A DNA stretch of 63,968 bases, counting the filler, from Thermoplasmatota archaeon (GTDB lineage Archaea; Thermoplasmatota; E2; JACPAO01; JAHFTW01), in assembly GCA_041623215.1 (NCBI GenBank). It is 5 parts of 5 records of this genome, joined end to end, with 100 filler letters (N's around TTAATTAATTAA, not from the genome) between each part and the next. Parts side by side here need not be neighbours in the genome. Positions count along the whole stretch, not along the records: positions 1 to 15,876 come from JBFJXH010000033.1; positions 15,977 to 31,447 come from JBFJXH010000034.1; 3 more parts are not named here. One strand, given 5' to 3'. The notes beneath the pieces were generated by a model. That model had not been told where the DNA came from. It made no database searches and worked only from the letters and a program-made list of their open reading frames with translations. Position numbers and translations under genes: made by a program. This document shows positions 9,099 to 18,128 of the stretch, piece by piece; positions within the stretch are counted from its first letter, which is position 1, and every line of letters starts with the position of its first letter.

Positions 9099-10439
9099 TC
9101 ACAACGGGGCGGCACCGCGAGCCAGCGCAGCGTGGATGATGGCCTGTTCGAAGTAGTTCGTCATGCAGCCCATGCGAATGTCGTCGAATACGACGGTCGG
9201 GATTTCTGGGCACCGCGTTGCGGGGCGATGGTGGTTGAACAAGTACACGTATTGCAGTGTGCCAGCGGCTCCCGCGCGATCGACCACGATGCCACTCTTG
9301 GTGCTGGTGCCATCTAGCAGGCCGCCGTGGGCACGCCGCTCCATTACTGGCTCGTTGAGACCATATTGGTTTACGTTGAAATCAGCGTGCGGTACCAGTT
9401 CTGGATACGCTTCGTATACCGCCGCCACCGCGGCTGCCGTCGCGATGAGTCCGCCGCCGCTGCTGACAAGTTCCATGCTGAAGCCGCCGTCGGCACCACA
9501 TACCTCCTTGTCCGGCTCGTAGGCGCTTGACCGGGTACCGGTGCAGGCGTAGTCAGGCTCGCGCGGATTGCGGTCCTCAGGCAAGGCACGACCCAGTTCG
9601 ATATCACCTTCTACGCCCAAGGGCCGGAACAGGTAGGCATCGTAGAGCGCTTGCAGGTTGGCGCCCGTGGCCGCTTCTGCAACCAGGCCTGCAAGCATGT
9701 AGCAACTGTTGCAATACCACAACTGGCTGCCAGGGTCGTCGGCCAGGGGTTCACCCATCAGGTACTGGGCGGCGCGCCAGGCCGGCAGCGGGAGGTCGAC
9801 GCCTAGGGCGGCAGCCATGCCAATCGTGCCCGGGTGGCCATCCTGAGGGCCGCGATACAGCCAGTCGGTGCTGCGGCCCCAACCACCTGTGTGGGTGACG
9901 AGCATTTCCACGGTCACATTGGCAAGGCGATCGTCCACAATCGGATGGGCATCATGGGGCGCAATGGGTAATCGGCAATCCGGGGCCGGTTCGGGCGGGA
10001 TGCAGAAAACCGGGTCATCCCAGTCGTAAAGGCCCTCCTCCACCTGGAGCGTGATGAGTGCCCTTGTCATGGGTTTCGTCACGCTGGCGAGGCGAAACAG
10101 GGCCGTCTCGTCGGCGTCGCCATAACCAGAGGTGTAGAGCAGGTTACCATCCTGCATGACTGCTAAGCTGCCCGCGGTGGTGTCGTGGACCTCCATGAAC
10201 GACTCCATGAGCGCGTCAAATGCCACCCAGTCGGCGCTGCCGGGTGGCGCCACGTCGGCAGTTCGGGCACCGGCGTCGCGAACCTCTGCGTGAGGTGGCG
10301 TGGGATACCAAGTCGCGAGGCCTTGCTGCCAGGGATTGGTGGCGTCCATGGGCGCAAACGAATTTACAGGAGATTCATTGTCACCGAGGCACCCGGCAAA
10401 AGCGGGGATGAGAAGGGCGGCGACCAGCCAGACGCGCAT
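9099..10439 (-). CDS. Lipoprotein serine hydrolase (beta-lactamase-related family)
   Basis: Lipobox FAGC; FRLASVTK (SxxK), YCN (YxN), HGG. Confidence 0.85.
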   Translation of the reverse strand: MRVWLVAALLIPAFAGCLGDNESPVNSFAPMDATNPWQQGLATWYPTPPHAEVRDAGARTADVAPPGSADWVAFDALMESFMEVHDTTAGSLAVMQDGNLLYTSGYGDADETALFRLASVTKPMTRALITLQVEEGLYDWDDPVFCIPPEPAPDCRLPIAPHDAHPIVDDRLANVTVEMLVTHTGGWGRSTDWLYRGPQDGHPGTIGMAAALGVDLPLPAWRAAQYLMGEPLADDPGSQLWYCNSCYMLAGLVAEAATGANLQALYDAYLFRPLGVEGDIELGRALPEDRNPREPDYACTGTRSSAYEPDKEVCGADGGFSMELVSSGGGLIATAAAVAAVYEAYPELVPHADFNVNQYGLNEPVMERRAHGGLLDGTSTKSGIVVDRAGAAGTLQYVYLFNHHRPATRCPEIPTVVFDDIRMGCMTNYFEQAIIHAALARGAAPL

Positions 10440-10549
10440 AGGCCACGCGAGGCGCCGTCAGCGAAAAGGGTGCCGGAGCCCCTAGTAAACAAGGGGCTCC
10501 GGCGGGTGGGTGGTGGTAGGTGGTTGAGGGGTTGGGGGAGGGGGTTCGC

Positions 10550-11218
10550 CTAGTTGCGGCGGAACTTGGCCTTGAGGCGGGTCAGGAGGCCTTCGTTCTG
10601 GGCCTTGACCTTCTCGACCTCGGTCTTGACGAAGGTTTCCGCTTCCTTGACGAGGGCAGTGGCCTTCTCTTGGCCGACCTTGACGCGCTCGGGGGCCTTA
10701 TCGGCGAGGTCCTTCGCCTTGGCGATGACCATTTCGCCTTCCTTTTGGGCAATGGCGATGGCGTCCTTGGCGGCCGCTTCCGCCTTCTTGGCAGTGGTGG
10801 TGGCGAAATCCTTGCCTTCGTTGGCCAGCTTTTGGCGACCTTCGGGCGTCTTGGCATCTTCGGCGACACGCTTGGCCAGCGTTTCTGCCTGGGCCTTCCA
10901 TTCCTTGGCTTTCTCCTGGGCGACGGCCGCTTCCTTGGCAATGAAGTCGCTGCTGGCGCTGGCGAGGTCCTTGAGGCTGCGGATGCCGGCTTCGGCAAGA
11001 GTCTGGATGGTCTTGGGGCCGATGCCCTTGACGTCTTCGATGAGGGTTAGGGCGACGGCTTGTTCCTTGTAGCCCTTGATGGTGCTGGCACTGATGCCGG
11101 TGGTTTCTGCCAGGCTTGCAACGTTGGCGTGGGCCAGGTCACCGACGGTCTTGATGCCGGCGTCGTTGAGTTTGGTTTGTTTGCTGGGGCCGATGCCCTT
11201 GATGGTGCTGAGTTCCAT
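10550..11218 (-). CDS. Protein with two helix-hairpin-helix repeats and an Ala/Lys/Glu-rich helical C-terminus
   Basis: IKGIGP...LNDAGI and VKGIGP...LAEAGI repeats; SD GGTGA upstream of ATG. Confidence 0.8.
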   Translation of the reverse strand: MELSTIKGIGPSKQTKLNDAGIKTVGDLAHANVASLAETTGISASTIKGYKEQAVALTLIEDVKGIGPKTIQTLAEAGIRSLKDLASASSDFIAKEAAVAQEKAKEWKAQAETLAKRVAEDAKTPEGRQKLANEGKDFATTTAKKAEAAAKDAIAIAQKEGEMVIAKAKDLADKAPERVKVGQEKATALVKEAETFVKTEVEKVKAQNEGLLTRLKAKFRRN

Positions 11219-11374
11219 TGTGGTCACCTTGGGATTGTATTGGCCTGTATATGCCACAGGCTGATTGTGGCTTACGTGCCATACAATATAAGCTAATCGC
11301 TGTCCAGGCACTAAAGACAGCCAAAGTTACGTAATTTTGGGGCCCTGTGCGGCTCGCAAACTTGGTGCGTCGCA

Positions 11375-11734
11375 CTAGCTAAACGACTTGCCGCAGCCGC
11401 ACGTCGATGACGCATTGGGATTCTCGACCTTGAAGCCGCCACCAACCAGTTGGTCCAGAAAGTCAATGTTGATGCCGTTCAGGAGCATGGCAAATTCAGA
11501 GGGCAGCCATACACGCACGCCATTAGCTACAACCTCCAGGTCGCCCTCCTCAGGCTGCTCGGCAAACTGTAAGTCATACTGGGCACCGCTGCACCCGCCT
11601 GGAAGAACGCCAACCCGCAGGCCCACCGCGTCCAAGGGACGGTCGCCCAAGAACTGAACAAGCTTCTCCTTTGCCAAGTCGGTCAATGTCGCCTTGAGCT
11701 CCAACTGAACCGTGGTACTGCCATCTTGTGCCAT
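11375..11734 (-). CDS. iscA: A-type Fe-S carrier (HesB/IscA/ErpA family)
   Basis: GGCSG and NPNASSTCGCGKSF motifs. Confidence 0.93.
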   Translation of the reverse strand: MAQDGSTTVQLELKATLTDLAKEKLVQFLGDRPLDAVGLRVGVLPGGCSGAQYDLQFAEQPEEGDLEVVANGVRVWLPSEFAMLLNGINIDFLDQLVGGGFKVENPNASSTCGCGKSFS

Positions 11735-11759
11735 GAAGGGGACTCGGTGCGCCGCAGCC

Positions 11760-12782
11760 TTAAGCGTTGTCGGGCGCACCGCCCAAAAGCCGCTCTGTGA
11801 TGGCCTGGAAGGCCTGCGCGCCTGCTAGGCCGGTCGAGGCATCCTGGACAATGGGCAAACCGGCGTCGCCGCTAGCCATGATGCGTGGGTCCAGCGGCAC
11901 GGCGCCCAGGAACGGCGCCCCCAAGGCTGCGGCCATATCCTTGCCGCCTCCTGACTTGAAGGGCGCAAGGATTGCTTCGAATCGACCGGCCTCGTCGGCG
12001 GTCGCTTCCACGACGCCGTTACCGGCATCCAGCGTTATGGCCGAGCCGGCCGGCGCAGTTCCCGCTACGTGCAGGCCACTCATGTTTTCCACCACGCCCA
12101 AGACTGGCAACTGGAGTTTCTCGACGAACTTGAGGCTCTTTCGCACGTCGCCCACGGCGACATCTTGCGGCGTCGTGACAAGAATGACGCCGGTTGCATC
12201 GGGAATATTCTGCGCGACCGACAGCGGCTCGTCACCCGTGCCCGGGGGCAGGTCGATGACCAAAGCATCGAGGTCGCCCCAAGCGACGTCCCCAAGGAAT
12301 TGGCCGATGATTCCCATCTTGATGGGTCCGCGCCAGATGATGGGGCTATCGGGGTCAGGAAGCAAGAACTGCATGCTTACGCACGCAAGATTGTCCGTCA
12401 CTTGGACCGGTTCTAGGTTGCCGTCCTTCTCGACCAGATCTCGATCCTCGATGCCCAACATCTTGGGAACGTTGGGGCCCGTCAGGTCCAAATCCAGCAA
12501 GCCGACCTTCTGGCCGGCGGCCGCCAGCGACCAAGCCAAGTTGACCGCCACCGTGGATTTGCCCACGCCGCCCTTGCCACTGGCGACAATGTACTTGCGG
12601 CGAATGCGTTTCATTTGGTTGATGATGCGAACCCTGCGCTGCAAACGCTCGGCCGCCCGCTGGTCCTGAGGGGTTTGTGCCTGGGGGAGACCCGCCGCAG
12701 GCGGGGCGTTCGGGCTGCTTCCGGGCGGGGCTGCCTCAGGTGCTTGGGCCTGGGGCAGATTCAAGGGGTTGTCGTGGCTCAT
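11760..12782 (-). CDS. mrp: Mrp/NBP35/ApbC family P-loop ATPase lacking the CxxC motif
   Basis: SGKGGVGKST, WRGP, DLPPGTGD, VTTPQ, VENMS. Confidence 0.9.
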   Translation of the reverse strand: MSHDNPLNLPQAQAPEAAPPGSSPNAPPAAGLPQAQTPQDQRAAERLQRRVRIINQMKRIRRKYIVASGKGGVGKSTVAVNLAWSLAAAGQKVGLLDLDLTGPNVPKMLGIEDRDLVEKDGNLEPVQVTDNLACVSMQFLLPDPDSPIIWRGPIKMGIIGQFLGDVAWGDLDALVIDLPPGTGDEPLSVAQNIPDATGVILVTTPQDVAVGDVRKSLKFVEKLQLPVLGVVENMSGLHVAGTAPAGSAITLDAGNGVVEATADEAGRFEAILAPFKSGGGKDMAAALGAPFLGAVPLDPRIMASGDAGLPIVQDASTGLAGAQAFQAITERLLGGAPDNA

Positions 12783-12848
12783 GAAGCGGCCGACCCGGGC
12801 GGCCTTGAAAAGCCCGGTGTCACTGGCAGAGTCGTGGTGTTTGCGGAC

Positions 12849-13550
12849 GTGTCTGACGATTTACCCTCCGCGGGTTTCTATCTGCGGCAATTGCTCAGCG
12901 GCCCTCACGAGAATTTTCACTACCTCGCCGGGGCGGCAGACGCCGAGGAGGCGTTTTGCGTGGACCCCGCGTTCGAACTCGACCGCCTCTTCTCACTGGC
13001 CAGTACGGAGGGCAGGCGCGTCACGACCGCCCTGTTTACCCACGGCCACTGGGACCACATTGGTGGCATTCCAGCCATTGCCCAGCACGGCATCGACACC
13101 GTGGTCCTGCACGAGGCCGCCGCCACCCACCCCAAGGTGGCGGAAGCGGAAGCCGCCGGCATGCGGGTGCGGCTGGTGCACGATGGAGATGTCTTGGAAG
13201 TTGCCGGACTTGCCGTAAAAGTGCTTCACACGCCCGGCCACCAAGCCGAGTCCACCTGCTACCTGGCGGCGCAGCCGGAGCAGCGCCGCCCGGCGGCTTT
13301 GTTTGGCGGCGACACCCTCTTCATCGACAGTTGTGGCCGCACCGATTTTCCCGGCGGCGACACGGACGCGATGTTTGCATCCATGGCACGACTAAGGGAG
13401 CTGCCGGAGCCCGCCGCCGTCATTGTCCTGCCCGGCCACCACTATGCGGCCAAGGCTTGGCAAAGCCTCGCCGACCAATGTGCGGCAAACCCTGCGTTGT
13501 CGGTGACGGACCGCGCCGCATTTGAGAAATTGGCGTTCCTTCGCGGCTAG
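12849..13550 (+). CDS. Metallo-beta-lactamase fold hydrolase (glyoxalase II / persulfide dioxygenase-like)
   Basis: THGHWDH, HTPGH, GDTLF..SCGRTD, PGHHY; start approximate. Confidence 0.85.
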   Translation: MSDDLPSAGFYLRQLLSGPHENFHYLAGAADAEEAFCVDPAFELDRLFSLASTEGRRVTTALFTHGHWDHIGGIPAIAQHGIDTVVLHEAAATHPKVAEAEAAGMRVRLVHDGDVLEVAGLAVKVLHTPGHQAESTCYLAAQPEQRRPAALFGGDTLFIDSCGRTDFPGGDTDAMFASMARLRELPEPAAVIVLPGHHYAAKAWQSLADQCAANPALSVTDRAAFEKLAFLRG

Positions 13551-14614
13551 AGGTCGCGGTCCGCGAGTCCAGCGCCCGGCTGGAACGGTTCGCCATCCAG
13601 AATGGCCCACAGGGCGGCAAACGCTTCCTGCATGACCGGGTGGCCCCGGTCCGCTTCCGAGCCGTGGCCGGCCAAGTCGGCCGTCTGGTCCAGTTCATTG
13701 TTTTGCCCGAGTCCGTGACTGGAGGGCGTGGTGCCCGTGTTACTGCCCTCATCGCCCCGTAGAACGGTGACGAACCGGGTTGGAATCCCGTTGGCTTCGA
13801 GGCCAGCCACAAGTTGCACGCCTTGGTCGTACGGGACCAGGCCATCGTTGACCGCGTGCACGACCGTCGTCGTGGCAAGGTGGGTCATTTCGTGCGTGCG
13901 ATGAGCCGGGCTGCGCCTAAGGTAGGCGTCCGGGCACTCCTGGAAGCCACACGCCGCTACGCCCTGGTCGCGCCCCGCATCCCGCTCAATGTCCGCGGCA
14001 GCCTGGGCGGCAAACGGAATGCCCGGGGCCAGGAGACTTGCCGCGGCCCACGTTTCATACAGGGCCGTCACTGGCTCAATGGCCAGCCAGTGGTCAAAGT
14101 AATCGGGATTTTCCGCAATAGCGGTTCCCGCTACGGCACCGCCGAGGCTCACACCCATGATGGTCCGAGGGCCAATGGCATGGTCATAGGCCCATGTGTG
14201 TTCCCAACATTGGGCGCCGACGACGGTATCTTGAGCCCCCGGAACGATGGGGAAGCCGAAGTTATCACGGTAATCCATGGCAATTGCCAAGGCACCGCGC
14301 GCGGCGGTTTCGTTGACGTTGGACCACCATGACTTGAACACAGTGTGGCCATACCCGTGCGCGAACACAACCAACGGAATGGATTCAATGTCGCTGGTGG
14401 GCGTCAGCCACGCCGGGTAGGCCGCAACGCCGCTGACCGTGGTACCATCGTGGTGTGTAATCTCGATGACACCGGAAACGTAGCCTGTGGCCGGGTCAAA
14501 ATCGACCGCGCCCCAACTGCAATCTGCCCAAGGCTTGGTTTCTTCTCCTGCCATGACCGGCGCTGCGAGCGCCACCATCATCGCGGCCATGGCCGTTGCT
14601 ACCACACGCTTCAT
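13547..14614 (-). CDS. Secreted alpha/beta hydrolase (S9 peptidase/esterase-like)
   Basis: Signal peptide; AHGYG, GVSLGG nucleophile elbow, DGLVP, late His. Confidence 0.8.
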   Translation of the reverse strand: MKRVVATAMAAMMVALAAPVMAGEETKPWADCSWGAVDFDPATGYVSGVIEITHHDGTTVSGVAAYPAWLTPTSDIESIPLVVFAHGYGHTVFKSWWSNVNETAARGALAIAMDYRDNFGFPIVPGAQDTVVGAQCWEHTWAYDHAIGPRTIMGVSLGGAVAGTAIAENPDYFDHWLAIEPVTALYETWAAASLLAPGIPFAAQAAADIERDAGRDQGVAACGFQECPDAYLRRSPAHRTHEMTHLATTTVVHAVNDGLVPYDQGVQLVAGLEANGIPTRFVTVLRGDEGSNTGTTPSSHGLGQNNELDQTADLAGHGSEADRGHPVMQEAFAALWAILDGEPFQPGAGLADRDL

Positions 14615-14712
14615 GCGGCTTCATGGCACGGTGTCTTCTAAATACCACCCTAGGGGCGAAGCGCGCACCCGAAGCGCGGCCCACCACGTGGGAAGGCCGG
14701 CCCAGCGGGCCA

Positions 14713-15849
14713 TCAAGCAGGGGGTGCGGTCGCCTGCCAACCGTGCATGCCACCATGCAAATTGACGGCGTCGAGGCCTTGTTGGCGCAGAAAGGCCGTC
14801 GCTTGCGCCGAGCGTCCACCAACCGCACAATAGACCACGATACGGCGAGACTTTGGCAGCTCGGACATCCGATCCGGCACCTGCATGAGCGGAATATGTG
14901 CATGATCGCCTTCAATGTGGATGCGTGCGCGCTCATCATTCTCGCGCACATCGAGTACAAACAGCGCTTCGTCGCCTTGCTGCAACGCCGCCCGCAGGTC
15001 ATGAGGGGTCGTTTCCGGAATCACGCTTGGCGCATCTTGACTGGGGCTTTGAGGATTAGCGACGTCAAGCCGTCCACGTGGCGGAATCCCGGCGTTTGGC
15101 GCCGCCGCCGCGCGCGTCGCGCCGCCGTCTTGGCACTTGCAAGAGGGTCGCACCTGAACGGGAACCAGCCCCATACTTCCTTCGTGCCCATCTTGAATCC
15201 ACAGCGCCGGCTCTGCGGCCCTTGATCCGGCCAGGTACTGCAAGGCAACCTGGGCCATCCAATGGCCGACGAGACCGGTCTGCGTCGGCACAATGCCTGC
15301 TTCCGCGCAATTGGGGGCATTGCCGGGCTCAGGCCAAAGGCAACGATAGCATCCCTGGCCAGGCAACAGGAAGGCCACTTGTCCGTGCCATCGCTCGACC
15401 GCGCCGGTGACGAGTGGGATTCCCGCCTCTTGGCAAGCGTCGCTAGCGGCGTAGCGTGCCTCGGCGGTATCGGTACCCTCGATGACGAGGTCATGGGCAC
15501 GTACCAGCGTGGCCGCGTTGGCAGGCTCAAACAGTTCCTGAACGGCGTCTACATGGCAATCTGGAAACCAAGCCTCGAGGCGCCGCTTGGCTAGGCGCGC
15601 CTTGGGTTGTCCAAGGTCCTTGGGCCCATACAGGAGTTGGCGGTGGCGATTGGATTCCTCTACCACGTCGGGGTCCATGACCGTGAGTCGCCGAATGCCT
15701 GCGGCGGCGAGGGCCGACGCAACCGGACACCCAAGGCCCCCCGCGCCGATGACCAAGACTCGTGCTGCCGCCAGGTCCGCCTGCCCGTTGAGGCCTAAGA
15801 GGGGCACCTGGCGCGCATGGTCCACAAAGGGCGCTTGGCTTACCGGCAC
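14713..15849 (-). CDS. moeB: E1-like ThiF/MoeB adenylyltransferase fused to rhodanese (MoeZ/MOCS3-like)
   Basis: IGAGGLG, SNRHRQ, CYRC, NCAEAG; C-terminal LDVRE...VVYCAVGGRS rhodanese domain. Confidence 0.9.
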   Translation of the reverse strand: MPVSQAPFVDHARQVPLLGLNGQADLAAARVLVIGAGGLGCPVASALAAAGIRRLTVMDPDVVEESNRHRQLLYGPKDLGQPKARLAKRRLEAWFPDCHVDAVQELFEPANAATLVRAHDLVIEGTDTAEARYAASDACQEAGIPLVTGAVERWHGQVAFLLPGQGCYRCLWPEPGNAPNCAEAGIVPTQTGLVGHWMAQVALQYLAGSRAAEPALWIQDGHEGSMGLVPVQVRPSCKCQDGGATRAAAAPNAGIPPRGRLDVANPQSPSQDAPSVIPETTPHDLRAALQQGDEALFVLDVRENDERARIHIEGDHAHIPLMQVPDRMSELPKSRRIVVYCAVGGRSAQATAFLRQQGLDAVNLHGGMHGWQATAPPA

Positions 15850-15876
15850 TTAGGCATTGAGCCGCTGGTTCGGTCA

Positions 15877-15976
15877 NNNNNNNNNNNNNNNNNNNNNNNN
15901 NNNNNNNNNNNNNNNNNNNNTTAATTAATTAANNNNNNNNNNNNNNNNNNNNNNNNNNNNNNNNNNNNNNNNNNNN
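15877..15976. other. Artificial contig linker
   Basis: N run flanking TTAATTAATTAA. Confidence 0.99.
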
Positions 15977-16334
15977 CCTCGACAAAAAATCCGGCCCGAA
16001 CCTGATGCGCTGGCCCGTCTGGCGTGTCGCATTGCGTCGCTGTGACATGGGCAAAGGTCTGGCCGTAGAAGAGTGGTGAGTGGATGAGAAATTGACTCGT
16101 GTCTCGGGCGTGAAACCCAGGAGGGAGCCAGGGGTCTGTGTGCGCCTTGTCCACAAAGAGGAGCCCCATCACCGTCTCACAGTTTAGCAAGTCTGCGACG
16201 ACGATTTTTGCAGGTGGCAAGGATTGCCTGGCCTCCATGGGGTCGGAGGCATCAGCGCTCGTAGGCACCTCCGCGGCCCCCAGGCAACCAGAAATTATTG
16301 CTGCCATGGCCGCCATGGAAATGACCCCCTTCAT
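15977..16334 (-). CDS. Lipoprotein, paralog of 16376-17311 (truncated by contig end)
   Basis: Lipobox ISGC; ADLLNC...WLPPGF...YGQT. Confidence 0.75.
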
Positions 16335-16375
16335 CGCTTCTTGGAGGGACCTTGGCGTAAAGGGGGTAGGCAGTC

Positions 16376-17311
16376 TCAGCCGAGAGAGACGGGCCGGCTG
16401 GCGTCACGTCCTGGAAGGCTGGCAAAGGTCACGTCGCGTAAATCGTGGCGCGGAAAGACCAAGCCAAAGGAGTCGAACGGATCGCCGGTCGCAGGCCCAC
16501 AGTCGACCTCTCCTACCACCGCATGCAGGGGTGAACCGGGGGTGACATCACACCGATAGAGTGGGCCGGCCGCAACCGTCCGCATGGGAAGCGGGAACTC
16601 GCTGTAGGCCAAGCCCGCGTCCAATTGATGCCAGAAACGAAGCAGTGGCGGCTCGTCGAAACCCTGCGGATACACCGCCATCGCGGCAAGGTCAAACATG
16701 CCTTGGCCCGAACTTTCCCCCTGGAATCCGCCAGCGCGGTCCGGGGAGGGCGCACCGGGAACAACCGGCAGCGGCGTGTCGCCGGTTGCCTCGGTCATCA
16801 ATTGCAGGGCCAGGGGCTGCACCGGCCAACCCAATTCGTCCTCCAACGTCCCGGAGAGCGCCGGGGCATCCGAGAATTGTAAAGCATTGAAAAAATGGAA
16901 TTCGGCGTCGCCAGCCTCGGGGATGTCTGGCGCGTGGACAAAGAAGCCCACCATGCCGACGCGCACCGGGCCCCACGGGCTCTCTTCACACTCAAGGACG
17001 GCAACGTGTGCTAGCGTTTGGCCATAAATGACGGGGGTGAAGAAGAGGAACCCGGCCAGGTCACGCGGCGTAAAACCGGGCGGCAACCACGCGTCCGTTT
17101 GGTCATAATCAACGATGAAGAACGTGTTGAAGGTTTTGCAGCCCAAGAGATCGGCCTCGAGCCGTGGCCACGCGGCGGCCGAGGAACCCACATCCAAAGC
17201 AGGCATGGCAAAGGAACTGGGGGCGCCGTTGGCGTCGTCTGGCTCGCTGGCGCCTAGGCATCCTGCTGCGACGATGGCGATTGCCAGCAAAGCGCCCAAG
17301 GCTGCTCGCAT
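16376..17311 (-). CDS. Lipoprotein, hypothetical
   Basis: Lipobox AAGC; ADLLGC...WLPPGF...YGQT shared with its neighbour. Confidence 0.78.
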   Translation of the reverse strand: MRAALGALLAIAIVAAGCLGASEPDDANGAPSSFAMPALDVGSSAAAWPRLEADLLGCKTFNTFFIVDYDQTDAWLPPGFTPRDLAGFLFFTPVIYGQTLAHVAVLECEESPWGPVRVGMVGFFVHAPDIPEAGDAEFHFFNALQFSDAPALSGTLEDELGWPVQPLALQLMTEATGDTPLPVVPGAPSPDRAGGFQGESSGQGMFDLAAMAVYPQGFDEPPLLRFWHQLDAGLAYSEFPLPMRTVAAGPLYRCDVTPGSPLHAVVGEVDCGPATGDPFDSFGLVFPRHDLRDVTFASLPGRDASRPVSLG

Positions 17312-17453
17312 GAAGCACGCTAATGGCCAGCGCTCAAGATGGTATCGCACGGGGCCGGCCCCCCTTGCGGCTCTGCCGCGCCGCCATGTGTCGCACATCT
17401 TCTCGCCAAACTAGGTCCTGCAACCCTAAATCGGCGTGCGGATTCGCCGCGTC

Positions 17454-18035
17454 ATGCGCATCTGGGTCATCGACAATGGCGGCCAATGGACCCACCGTGA
17501 GTGGCGCGTCCTGCGGTATCTCAAGCAGGACACCAAGATGGTGGACAACCAAACGCCGCTGGCCGAGCTGCAAGATGCCCAACTGGATGGCCTGCTTCTA
17601 TCTGGCGGTGCGCCCCGCGTCGGCGTCGATGGCGAATTGGGGCTTTGCGGCGAGTATCTGGACGGTCTGGATGTGCCCATCATGGGAATCTGCGCCGGTC
17701 TCCAATTCATGGCTCGCCACTTTGGCGGAGAAGCAGCCCCTGGAGATCCGCCCGAATTTGGTGCCGTGGAAATGGTCGTGACGGACCCAGGCGACATCCT
17801 AGAAGGCGTGCCGGAGCGAAGCACCGTCTGGGCGAGTCACCATGACGAAGTATCTCGGGTGCCGGATGATTTTCGGGTGCTTGCCCACTCGGAAACCTGT
17901 CCGGTACAAGTGATGCGACACAACGAGCGTCCCTTGTTCGGCCTACAATTCCACCCCGAGGTGGAGCACACGCAGGCGGGCGTGACCATGTTCGAAAACT
18001 TCGTGCGCATCTGTGAAGCGCACAGCAAGGCCTAG
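17454..18035 (+). CDS. guaAA: GMP synthase glutamine amidotransferase subunit A (archaeal split type)
   Basis: IDNGGQWTHREWR, GICAG, SHHDEV, QFHPEV. Confidence 0.93.
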   Translation: MRIWVIDNGGQWTHREWRVLRYLKQDTKMVDNQTPLAELQDAQLDGLLLSGGAPRVGVDGELGLCGEYLDGLDVPIMGICAGLQFMARHFGGEAAPGDPPEFGAVEMVVTDPGDILEGVPERSTVWASHHDEVSRVPDDFRVLAHSETCPVQVMRHNERPLFGLQFHPEVEHTQAGVTMFENFVRICEAHSKA

Positions 18036-18128
18036 CCGTAACGGGTGCAGCGTTGATAGCAAACGCGGCGCCCCGTACCCGGTCTCCTAGCGCTTGCGTT
18101 GGACCTGCGTCGTCGCCGACTGGCTTTA

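Noticed and set aside
15877..15976. Repeated TTAATTAATTAA motif (four occurrences)
   Set aside because: Always centred in N runs and gives stops in all six frames: an artificial contig joiner
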